Below are positions 20,285 to 28,537 of a stretch of 52,868 nt of DNA, piece by piece. The translations under genes were made by a program, and so were the position numbers. Each line of letters starts with the position of its first letter. The first letter of the stretch is position 1. This DNA is from an uncultured Clostridia bacterium (GTDB lineage: Bacteria; Bacillota; Clostridia; TANB77; CAG-508), in NCBI GenBank assembly GCA_944386205.1, contig CALXAE010000002.1, positions 1 to 52,868 on the forward strand, written 5' to 3'. A model generated the notes under the pieces. The model saw nothing but the letters and a program-made list of their open reading frames with translations. It searched no databases and was not told the DNA's origin.

Positions 20285-20313
20285 TTGAAAAAAAATTTTA
20301 TGTATGCTATAAT
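20285..20313 (+). promoter_or_regulatory. Sigma-A promoter of the third pilin-like gene
   Basis: TTGAAA (20285-20290), 17-nt spacer ending in TGc, TATAAT (20308-20313). Confidence 0.65.
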
Positions 20314-20363
20314 TTAATTTAGATAGGTATTAATATTTTTTAGGGATAAAAGGAGGAAGAAAT

Positions 20364-20723
20364 ATGAATAAGATTGTAGTAAAAATACTAAGCATGATTT
20401 TAATAACAATGGCAATCATATCTATAGCAGTAAGTTGTTTTGCATTAACACCAGATGATATATCAGGTTCAGATAATGTAACAGGAACAACACAAATAAC
20501 AGAACTAGGAAATGATATAGTAGGAATTTTCCAAGTAGTAGGTATTGTATTATCAGTTGTTATCATCATTGTCCTAGGTATTAAATATATGCTAGGAAGT
20601 GCAGAAGAAAAATCAGAATACAAAAAATCAATGCTTCCATACGTAGTTGGTGCAGCATTAATTTTCGCAGGTTCAATCTTTGCAAATGTTATTTACCAAT
20701 TCTTCAATGGAATGAATTCATAA
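20364..20723 (+). CDS. TrbC/VirB2-like T4SS pilin-type protein (paralog)
   Basis: aggagg SD. Signal peptide ...AVSCFA/LT. Core VGIVLSVVIIIVLGIKYMLGSAEEKSEYKKSMLPYVVGAALIFAGSIFANVIYQF is about half identical to the 19880 gene by eye. Confidence 0.7.
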   Translation: MNKIVVKILSMILITMAIISIAVSCFALTPDDISGSDNVTGTTQITELGNDIVGIFQVVGIVLSVVIIIVLGIKYMLGSAEEKSEYKKSMLPYVVGAALIFAGSIFANVIYQFFNGMNS

Positions 20724-20740
20724 GAAATACATAAACAAAA

Positions 20741-20775
20741 AACAGAAATTAGCTCATCTAATTTCTGTTTTTCTA
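20741..20775 (+). terminator. Rho-independent terminator after the pilin genes
   Basis: 12-bp stem aacagaaattag / ctaatttctgtt, 5-nt loop, then a T-run. Confidence 0.8.
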
Positions 20776-20827
20776 TTACATAAATATTACAATTATATTA
20801 AAAATATATTATTTTATACTTTTTTAT

Positions 20828-20865
20828 GCAAAAATGTTACAATTTTTGCGTTTTTTTGTTATAAT
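20828..20865 (+). promoter_or_regulatory. Sigma-A promoter of the long T4SS operon, with an inverted repeat over the -35
   Basis: TTACAA (20837-20842), 17-nt spacer ending in TGt, TATAAT (20860-20865). Inverted repeat gcaaaaat-N6-atttttgc spans 20828-20849. Confidence 0.6.
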
Positions 20866-20904
20866 AAAATATAAGTAAAAGTGTTTTTTAGAAGGGAGAA
20901 TCAT

Positions 20905-21270
20905 ATGGGACCATATAATTTACCACGAAATGTAAAAGGGGAAGGAAGAATCTTGTTTGTATTTTCAGTAAAAGCTTTAATATTTACGTTTGCAGGAGTA
21001 CTGATAGGAGTATTATTTTATTTAATATTTAACTTTATAGGAATGCAAATGGTTGGAATTGTGTTCGTTGGTATTTTTGGTTTGATCGGTTTTGTTATAG
21101 GGACTTTTAAGGTACCAGAATCAACAGCATTTGAAATTACTAAAAAAACAGGCGGAGAAAATATAGATGAGGTTATAAAAAGATATATAGACTTTAAATT
21201 ACAAAAAAATAAAATATATATTTATCAAGATGAAAAAAGGAATGTAGAGGGGGAAACAAAAGATGAATAA
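20905..21270 (+). CDS. PrgI/VirB3-like small membrane protein
   Basis: Start at ATG 20905 (aagggag SD). YNLPRNVKGEGRILFVFSVKALIFTFAGVLIG followed by two TM helices matches the PrgI-family layout found just upstream of Gram-positive VirB4 genes. Confidence 0.65.
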   Translation: MGPYNLPRNVKGEGRILFVFSVKALIFTFAGVLIGVLFYLIFNFIGMQMVGIVFVGIFGLIGFVIGTFKVPESTAFEITKKTGGENIDEVIKRYIDFKLQKNKIYIYQDEKRNVEGETKDE

Positions 21271-22507
21271 TATGGATTCAAATGCATTATCAGGAATATT
21301 ATCAATTGTATTAGGTGTTGCTTTTGTCATTTTAATTATTTTAATAGTTGTATTAATTATTTTGAAATTCCGAGACAGTAAACAAAAAAAAGATGTGAAC
21401 CAAAAAAATGATATGATAGGTAATGATAAAAATAATGGCATAGATAAAAATAAGACAACAGGAGAATATAAACAATATAATAAACAATCTATTTTTGACT
21501 TTATGGAATTTGATAAGATTGAAGACAATATGATTGTTCAAAAAAATGGAAGAAAATTCTTGATGGTTATAGAATGCCAAGGAATTAATTATGACTTGAT
21601 GTCAAGAGTTGAAAAAGTAGGGGTAGAAGAAGGTTTCCAACAATTCTTAAATACATTAAGACACCCTATACAAATTTATATCCAAACAAGAACAATTAAT
21701 TTAGAAGAAAGTATATCTACATATAAGGTCAAGATAAAAGAGATTGAAGATAAATATAATCAAATGTTATTTAGATATAATCAAATGAGAGAGTCAAATG
21801 CGTATACTCCAGCAGACTTAGATGAATATTGGTTTGAATTAACAAAACAAAGAAATCTTTTAGAATATGGAAAAGATATTGTAAGCAATACAGAAAAAAT
21901 GAGTTTAAATAGAAATATTTTGAACAAAAAATATTTTATTATAATTTCATATTTTGCAGAAGAAAATACAGAAAAATATGATAAAGATGAAATAAGAAAT
22001 ATAGCATTTTCAGATTTATATACAAATGCTCAAGCTATTATTAGAACATTATCTTCATGTTCTGTAAGTGGGAAAATATTAACTTCAAAAGAACTAGTGG
22101 ATTTATTATATGTAGCATATAACAGAGATGATTCAGAAGTATTTGGAATTGACAAGGCGATGATGGCAGGATATGAAGACTTATATTCAACATCAGTAGA
22201 TGTATATGAGAAGAAAGTAAGAGCATTAGATGAACTAATACATGATAGAGCAATTGATTTAGCAAATGAAACTATAGAGAAAGTAAAGTCAAGACCAGAA
22301 AGAATTGCTAAAGAAAAAGAAGATAACTTAGATGAATTAATCAGAAAAATGGCAGAACTTGTTATAAAAGAAAACCAATCGCATGTTGGACAAGATATTG
22401 CTGAGGAAGCAATTAAAGAAATTGAAAATGATGAAGGAGGAAACGCAAATGAGAAAGTCCAAAAGAAAACTACAAGAACAAGAAATGCAAAGACAGTTAA
22501 TGAATAG
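21263..22507 (+). CDS. TM-anchored protein resembling a stand-alone VirB4 N-terminal domain (no Walker motifs)
   Basis: One N-terminal TM helix. FDFMEFDKIEDNMIVQKNGRKFLMVIECQGINYDLMSRVEKVGVEEGFQQFLNTLRHPIQIYIQ resembles the N-domain of Tn916-ORF16-type VirB4. Overlaps the upstream gene by 8 nt and virB4 by 59 nt. Confidence 0.45.
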   Translation: MNNMDSNALSGILSIVLGVAFVILIILIVVLIILKFRDSKQKKDVNQKNDMIGNDKNNGIDKNKTTGEYKQYNKQSIFDFMEFDKIEDNMIVQKNGRKFLMVIECQGINYDLMSRVEKVGVEEGFQQFLNTLRHPIQIYIQTRTINLEESISTYKVKIKEIEDKYNQMLFRYNQMRESNAYTPADLDEYWFELTKQRNLLEYGKDIVSNTEKMSLNRNILNKKYFIIISYFAEENTEKYDKDEIRNIAFSDLYTNAQAIIRTLSSCSVSGKILTSKELVDLLYVAYNRDDSEVFGIDKAMMAGYEDLYSTSVDVYEKKVRALDELIHDRAIDLANETIEKVKSRPERIAKEKEDNLDELIRKMAELVIKENQSHVGQDIAEEAIKEIENDEGGNANEKVQKKTTRTRNAKTVNE

Positions 22508-24413
22508 TGAAGAACCTGGAATTTTAAAAAAGCGTACAATTAAAGAAATCATAGCTCCTGCTGGTATAGATGCTTCTAAGATTGATCATTTGGAAATCAT
22601 ATCAAATGTAACGAGATATGCAAGAAGCTTTTTCGTTTCAACATTACCTCGTATGTGTAGTTTCCCAGATTTGTTTAGGGATTTATACTTTTTCGGAGAT
22701 ATCAATACATCTATATATATTACACCAGTTCCAGAATCAAGATCACAAAATGAGTTAAATAAAGTTATTAATGAGTTGGAGACAGAAAGGCTTGTTGCCG
22801 CAGATAGAGGAAACATTAATAGGGAAAGTACATTAACCCAAAAAAGATTTGAAGCAGAACAATTGAGAGATGAAATTGCAGCGGGATATAATAAAATGTA
22901 TGAAGCATCTATTATATCTACATTATTTACATATAATTTGGAAGACTTAGACAGATTAACAAAAATGTTGGCAACAGAGGTTTCAAAATCATTAGTAGGT
23001 ATTAAAAGTGCTTGGGCGATCCAAGAAAAAGCTTTTAAATCAAATTTACCATTAATGGATGATAAAATTAAAAAGGTGCATTCTTTTGACAGTCGATCAA
23101 TGGGAACGGTATTTCCTTTTACAACTTCAGAAGTAGGGCATTCGACTGGGGTACCATTAGGATTTAATAAGCAAACAGGAACACCAATTTTGTTTGATAA
23201 TTTCCACCCATCATTAACTAATTATAATATGGTTATATTTGCTAAATCTGGTGCTGGTAAATCTGTTACAATGAAAACATTGATTTCTAGATCTTCAGTT
23301 TTAATGGGAATAGAAAGCTTAGCACTAGATGCAGAGGGAGAGTACAAAGTTGTTGCAGAAAGTTTAGGTGGCATTAATGTTGTATTAAGTCCAAGCTCAA
23401 AAACAGTTATCAACTTATTTGATATTGAGCCAGAAAATATAAAAGATGAAATTACAGGTAGAGAAAGAACTGTATTAAATGTAGAAAACAAAGTAGAAGA
23501 CGTTACACAAGCATTATTAACTATGGCAAGAGGAAGTACAAGAAGTCAAGAAGTAAATGAGGTAACAAAACAGGTTATTGCTGAAGCAGTATCAGAAGAA
23601 TATGCTAGTTTGGGAATAACAAGTAATCCAATGAGTATTTATAAATCAGGAGAAAGTTTCCAAAAAGGAGATAAATTATATAAAGACAAAAAAGAAATGC
23701 CAACAATAGGTAGTTGGTATAAAAGAATAGAAAAAAAGGCACAAGAAAATAAAAATGTGGATTATCAATATCATTATAGCTATCTATTAAAAGTTATGAG
23801 ACAATATATTAGAGAGTATAATGGTCAAATGGCTTATTTTGATGGTCAATCTACATTTGAATTATTAGATGGAGCACCATTTATTAATTTAGATATTTCT
23901 CAACTAGAAGAAAGATTTGCAAGACCACTTGCACAACAAATATTACTTTCATGGATATGGGAGAAATATGTTAAGAAAAATAGTGAAGATAGAAAAAGAG
24001 CAAGACAAAAGAGAGTTTTAGTTGATGAGGCATGGATGTTATTACCATATCCTGAAGCCGTAGACTTTTTAAATACAATGGCAAGACGTGCTAGAAAAAG
24101 AAATGTTTCTTTAGCAATTATATCTCAAAGATTTCAAGATTTTTATGAAAAACCAGAAGCACAAGCAGTATTAACATCATCAGATACAAAATTGTTTTTA
24201 GCACAAGATAAATCTGAAATTGAACAACTAAAACAAGTATTCAAATTAAGTGAAGGAGAAGCAAACTTTTTAGTTACATGTTTAAAAGGAGAAGGCCTTT
24301 TGAAGGTAGGTGGAGATACTGCCATTTTACAAATCACACCGACTGCTAAGGAATTTGAATTTGTGGAAACAAACTTAAATAAATTAGCAAAGATGAGGAG
24401 AAGAACAGGCTAA
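22449..24413 (+). CDS. VirB4-family T4SS ATPase (TcpF/PrgJ/TraE-like)
   Basis: Start at ATG 22449, 8 nt after aggagg. N-domain IIAPAGIDASKIDHLEI...RYARSFFVSTLPR...DINTSIYITP, Walker A FAKSGAGKSVT, Walker B RVLVDEAWMLL. Confidence 0.85.
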   Translation: MRKSKRKLQEQEMQRQLMNSEEPGILKKRTIKEIIAPAGIDASKIDHLEIISNVTRYARSFFVSTLPRMCSFPDLFRDLYFFGDINTSIYITPVPESRSQNELNKVINELETERLVAADRGNINRESTLTQKRFEAEQLRDEIAAGYNKMYEASIISTLFTYNLEDLDRLTKMLATEVSKSLVGIKSAWAIQEKAFKSNLPLMDDKIKKVHSFDSRSMGTVFPFTTSEVGHSTGVPLGFNKQTGTPILFDNFHPSLTNYNMVIFAKSGAGKSVTMKTLISRSSVLMGIESLALDAEGEYKVVAESLGGINVVLSPSSKTVINLFDIEPENIKDEITGRERTVLNVENKVEDVTQALLTMARGSTRSQEVNEVTKQVIAEAVSEEYASLGITSNPMSIYKSGESFQKGDKLYKDKKEMPTIGSWYKRIEKKAQENKNVDYQYHYSYLLKVMRQYIREYNGQMAYFDGQSTFELLDGAPFINLDISQLEERFARPLAQQILLSWIWEKYVKKNSEDRKRARQKRVLVDEAWMLLPYPEAVDFLNTMARRARKRNVSLAIISQRFQDFYEKPEAQAVLTSSDTKLFLAQDKSEIEQLKQVFKLSEGEANFLVTCLKGEGLLKVGGDTAILQITPTAKEFEFVETNLNKLAKMRRRTG

Positions 24414-24429
24414 CAAATAGGAGGAGAAA

Positions 24430-25788
24430 ATGAAGAATCATACAAAATTCAATATCATACAAAAGATGGTAATAGCCTTAGTAATTGTAGTGATACTTTT
24501 TACTTGTATAATTCCTAAAAATGTATATGCTGATGCGGGTGATATTGCTGGAGGTTTATTAAAAGAAGTTGTACAATTATTTGCATCTTTAGGGGATGTA
24601 ATTATGGGAGCTTTAAATAAGTTTATGCTAGGATCTGATGAATTCTTCTCTGCTATGCTGGCGCAAGATGATGTAAACCTAGAAGAAGGTTCGGGGTCAT
24701 GGCTAGTAGATGGTATACAAGATGAAGAGGTAGATGTTGTTGTACCGGCAGATTATATGGATGAAAGAACATTCTTATTAGATGCTTCTACATATCAAAT
24801 TCCAAATATGTTATATTCTCCAGAAAATATTTTTGCAGATAATATAGCAGCTTTTGATATTAATTTCTTAAGCCCTAACACATATACTTCTATTATTGAT
24901 GGGGATGCGGATGCAACAAATGCAGCAGACTCAGCAGCAGGAGGAGAATTGCAAAGTACAATTGCTTCGTGGTATAGATCTTTTAGGAATATTGCGGTAG
25001 TTGGATTATTATCTGTATTAGTATATTTGGGAATTAGAATTTTAATAAGTTCAACTGCAGCAGATAAAGCTAAATATAAAGAATCTCTTCGAGATTGGTT
25101 TGTAGCATTATGTTTAGTTTTTGTTATACACTTCATTATGGCAGGAATTTTATTATTAACAGACAATATTAATGCTTTATTTTCTGCTACAATTGATGAT
25201 GGTATTATTGTTCAAGCAACACATAGTGATGAAGGATCAAATGCAGGTTCAACATTTAAATTTAGAACTAATTTAGTAGGATTAGCTAGATTTAGAGCAC
25301 AAGCAGACCGATGGCAAGATGCAACAGCATATACCATTATCTATTTAGCATTAGTTATTTATACTTGTATGTTTACATTTATGTACTTTAAGAGGTTTTT
25401 GTGGATGGCGTTTTTCACTATGATAGCACCATTAGTAGCATTAACCTATCCAATTGATAAAGCAGGAGATGGACATGCACAAGCTTTTAATTTATGGTTT
25501 AAAGAATATACTATGAATGCTATTATACAACCTGTACACTTAATCTTATATTCTGTATTTGTATCATCTGCAATTGATTTGGCAACAAATAACCCGATTT
25601 ATGCTATTGTTGCAATTGCATTCTTGATACCAGCAGAGAAATTCATTAAAAAGATGTTTAGACTTGATCAATCTCAAACAGAAGGAGACTTTGGATCATT
25701 TGCAGGTGGAGCGGTTGCTATGAAAGCTTGGGATCAATTAGGCAAATTGGGCAAAGGCCGGAAGTTCAAATGCAAAAAAGAACAGTAG
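24430..25788 (+). CDS. Polytopic VirB6/TrbL/TcpH-like channel protein (0-frame product)
   Basis: 452 aa, about seven hydrophobic helices, located immediately after virB4. The 0-frame ends GKGRKFKCKKEQ*, while the +1 frame stays open into the next ORF (see findings). Confidence 0.6.
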   Translation: MKNHTKFNIIQKMVIALVIVVILFTCIIPKNVYADAGDIAGGLLKEVVQLFASLGDVIMGALNKFMLGSDEFFSAMLAQDDVNLEEGSGSWLVDGIQDEEVDVVVPADYMDERTFLLDASTYQIPNMLYSPENIFADNIAAFDINFLSPNTYTSIIDGDADATNAADSAAGGELQSTIASWYRSFRNIAVVGLLSVLVYLGIRILISSTAADKAKYKESLRDWFVALCLVFVIHFIMAGILLLTDNINALFSATIDDGIIVQATHSDEGSNAGSTFKFRTNLVGLARFRAQADRWQDATAYTIIYLALVIYTCMFTFMYFKRFLWMAFFTMIAPLVALTYPIDKAGDGHAQAFNLWFKEYTMNAIIQPVHLILYSVFVSSAIDLATNNPIYAIVAIAFLIPAEKFIKKMFRLDQSQTEGDFGSFAGGAVAMKAWDQLGKLGKGRKFKCKKEQ

Positions 25789-25897
25789 TGGCGGAAATAG
25801 TGATGGAGATCAAGATGATGGTAAAATAGTTTTTGCCAAAAGAGATGATACTGATAAATTAAATGCATTTAATAGTGACGGTGCTAATACAAGACCA

Positions 25898-27535
25898 TTG
25901 ATGGCTGGAAGTAATGATGAAGATCAGCAAGATCAGACAAGAACACTAAGTGAACAAGATCAACAAGAACGTGAAAGACTGCTACAACAGAGAGACAATG
26001 CATCACATGCTTTGGATGATGAAAATATGACTGATGAGGAGAGAGAAGAACAGCAACGATATATAGATAGCCTAGATGATGAGATGAGAAGAAGAGGGTA
26101 TCCTGAATATAGCCAAGAAGAACAAGATGAAAGAGAACGTCAATATCTAGAAGGACAAAGAAGTCAGTGGGAACAATATAGAGATGATCCATATACAGAT
26201 GAAGCTGGTAGACAAGAAGCCGAACAAAATATAACTGCTATTAACGATAGAATGGCACAAAGAGGATTATTAAATCAAAATGAAGAGGATCAAAACAGTA
26301 CAGGAGATGGTGAAAATAATTCAGAAGGAACACCAACTCAAACACCACCAGAAACTCCACCAGCAGTTTCTAATAATGGTAAACCACCATTAAGAAAAGC
26401 AGGTGTTGGAAAATTTGCTTTAAGAGGAGCAAAAACATTAGGAAAAGGAGCACTAAAAGCAGGAGGATTTGCAGGAAAAGGACTTCTAAGAGCTGTAGGA
26501 GCAATTGGAGGAGCAACAGTTGGATTAGCAGCAGGATTAACTACTGGTGATATGTCTAAAACATTTACATATGCAGCAGCAGGGGCAGTTACAGGAAATT
26601 TGATTGGTAAAAATGCTGGTAATATGGCTGGTAGAGCTGCAAGAGGAGTTATGGACTTACCAAAACAAGGACAAAGAGCTATGAATGCAGTAGATAACAT
26701 AGTAGATACATGGAATAGAGATACTCGTGGAGAACAGTATGCAAGAGATCAGAGAATAGATAGACAAAATCAAGAATCAAGAAGAAGACTTCTAAAAAAT
26801 GAAGACCAAATAGAAAAAGCACAAGAATGGATAGCAAAAAATGCGAGACCAGAGGACAATATAGATGTTAATGATGTATTAAATGCAAAAGCAGATCTAT
26901 ATGAAGCAGGAATTACTGATGAAAAATTCATGGATGATGTAATGAAAACAGAATTTAAAAACACTGGTTCATTATCTGGAAGTGATCACCAACAATATGT
27001 AGATACAGCAGGTTTCATTAAGAAAAATAATTATAGTGAAGATAATATTGCTGATGAAGATAAGCTTAGAAGAATGGAACAAAGAGTGCAAAGAATGGTA
27101 TCTGGTGATGATGCACAATTAAGAGTTATGCAAATGACTTCACAAATGTTAGGAGCAGACGATCTATATGAAGCAAGTAGAAGACAAGGAAGAACATTGA
27201 TCGGACGACCACAAAATACAAGAGGAAGCAATCAGCAAACAAACAACCAACAAAATGGAGGTTCTGGAGGAGGTAGTCAGCAAAGAACAACTAGACCAAG
27301 AAATAATCCACCAAGTGGAGACTCAGGTGTAGAAAATTCACCAAGTCCTAGAAGAGGCAGACCTCCAAGAAATAACCCACCAAGTGGAGGTTCTGGAGGT
27401 AGTCAACCAAGAACACCAGGACCAAGAAATAATCCACCAAGTGGAAATTCAAGTACAGGAAATTCAACAAGATCTAGAAGAGGAAGACCATCAAGAAATA
27501 ATTCAACAACTCCAACGAATCCAACAAATGAATAA
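25898..27535 (+). CDS. Low-complexity charged/Gly-Ala/Pro-Asn-rich protein, probably the C-terminal tail of the VirB6-like protein
   Basis: No SD precedes TTG 25898 or ATG 25901. Its frame is stop-free back to 25742, overlapping the end of the upstream gene. Composition: DEQR-rich, then a Gly/Ala-rich segment, then PRNNPPSG repeats. Confidence 0.6.
   Translation: MMAGSNDEDQQDQTRTLSEQDQQERERLLQQRDNASHALDDENMTDEEREEQQRYIDSLDDEMRRRGYPEYSQEEQDERERQYLEGQRSQWEQYRDDPYTDEAGRQEAEQNITAINDRMAQRGLLNQNEEDQNSTGDGENNSEGTPTQTPPETPPAVSNNGKPPLRKAGVGKFALRGAKTLGKGALKAGGFAGKGLLRAVGAIGGATVGLAAGLTTGDMSKTFTYAAAGAVTGNLIGKNAGNMAGRAARGVMDLPKQGQRAMNAVDNIVDTWNRDTRGEQYARDQRIDRQNQESRRRLLKNEDQIEKAQEWIAKNARPEDNIDVNDVLNAKADLYEAGITDEKFMDDVMKTEFKNTGSLSGSDHQQYVDTAGFIKKNNYSEDNIADEDKLRRMEQRVQRMVSGDDAQLRVMQMTSQMLGADDLYEASRRQGRTLIGRPQNTRGSNQQTNNQQNGGSGGGSQQRTTRPRNNPPSGDSGVENSPSPRRGRPPRNNPPSGGSGGSQPRTPGPRNNPPSGNSSTGNSTRSRRGRPSRNNSTTPTNPTNE
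27296..27510 (+). repeat. Imperfect in-frame tandem repeats encoding PRNNPPSG / RRGRP(P/S)RNN
   Basis: ccaagaaataa(t/c)ccaccaagtgga at 27296, 27365 and 27422. agaagagg(c/a)aga repeats near 27349 and 27475. Confidence 0.85.
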
Positions 27536-27561
27536 TAAGATAAAAACTTTAGGAGGGATAT

Positions 27562-28515
27562 ATGCATAAATTATTGAGATTTTATAGCCAAAATCGACTA
27601 AAAGTGTGGGCAACAATTTTAGGAATTGTATTTGTAATTCTAATAATACAGGTGTTGAATTCCATTTCAAGAAATCAAATGGCAGAGCAAAATCAAAATA
27701 TTATAGAACAAGAAACAACATTATCTAATGTTGTTTCTTATGATAATCAGAGTGAGACGATTTTATCGGATGAAAATGTGCCAGAACAATATAGAGATGA
27801 TTTTGGGAATTTAATAGAACAATTTTTTACATATTGTACTAATCATGAACCACGAAGAGCATACAATTTGTTAGCTCAAGAAACAATAGATGTATTATAT
27901 CCAACAGAGGAAATATTTGAAAGATCATACTGTGCAGAGAAATTTGATGGAGATAAGGATTTTTCGTTTCAATCTTGGATAAAATCAGGTGATTTATATA
28001 TTTATCAAGTAAAAATTTTTGATAATATGTTAGCAACAGGAATTTCAAATGATACATATTATGAGGATTATGTAACTATTACTCCAGAGAATGGAGAATA
28101 TAAATTAAATATTAATGGTTTAGTGGGTGTAAAAAATATTAATCAAAATTATAATAATGACCAATTAGATATTACTATAAGAGAATCACAAGCATTTATG
28201 AATTATGAAATTTATTCTTTTGAAATAAAAAATAAAACTGATAAAACTATTTTATTAGATTCAAGAGAAAAAACAGACACAACATATGTTACAGATGATT
28301 TAAATAATCAATATAGTTCTCTTTTATACGAAAATAGTGAAGAAGATTTAATCATTGCACCAGGAGAAACGAAAACGATTTCAATAAGATTTAGTGATGT
28401 ATATAGAGAAGGAATCGTGATAACACAAATAACATTTGGAGATATTATATTAGACTATAAAGCATACGAAAATGGAGAAGATCCACAAAGGATAACATTT
28501 GAAATGGAAATTTAA
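27562..28515 (+). CDS. N-terminally TM-anchored extracytoplasmic protein (possible NTF2/VirB8/TcpC-like)
   Basis: aggaggg SD. TM helix VWATILGIVFVILIIQVL. Helix-then-beta pattern NLIEQFFTYCTNHEPRRAYNLLAQET...; no recognisable catalytic motif. Confidence 0.45.
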   Translation: MHKLLRFYSQNRLKVWATILGIVFVILIIQVLNSISRNQMAEQNQNIIEQETTLSNVVSYDNQSETILSDENVPEQYRDDFGNLIEQFFTYCTNHEPRRAYNLLAQETIDVLYPTEEIFERSYCAEKFDGDKDFSFQSWIKSGDLYIYQVKIFDNMLATGISNDTYYEDYVTITPENGEYKLNINGLVGVKNINQNYNNDQLDITIRESQAFMNYEIYSFEIKNKTDKTILLDSREKTDTTYVTDDLNNQYSSLLYENSEEDLIIAPGETKTISIRFSDVYREGIVITQITFGDIILDYKAYENGEDPQRITFEMEI

Positions 28516-28537
28516 ATGTACGAAAAGAGGTGATATA

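Noticed and set aside
22030-22552. Three overlapping minus-strand ORFs (169, 74 and 71 aa) across the VirB4-N-like/virB4 junction
   Set aside because: They are antisense to two coding genes with clear motifs, have Ser/Phe-rich composition and lack start context. They are shadow ORFs.
26338-26700. 120-aa minus-strand ORF rich in Pro/Ala/Phe
   Set aside because: It mirrors the Gly/Ala-rich GGA/GCA codon run of the plus-strand tail ORF. Stop-free antisense frames are expected in such repeats.
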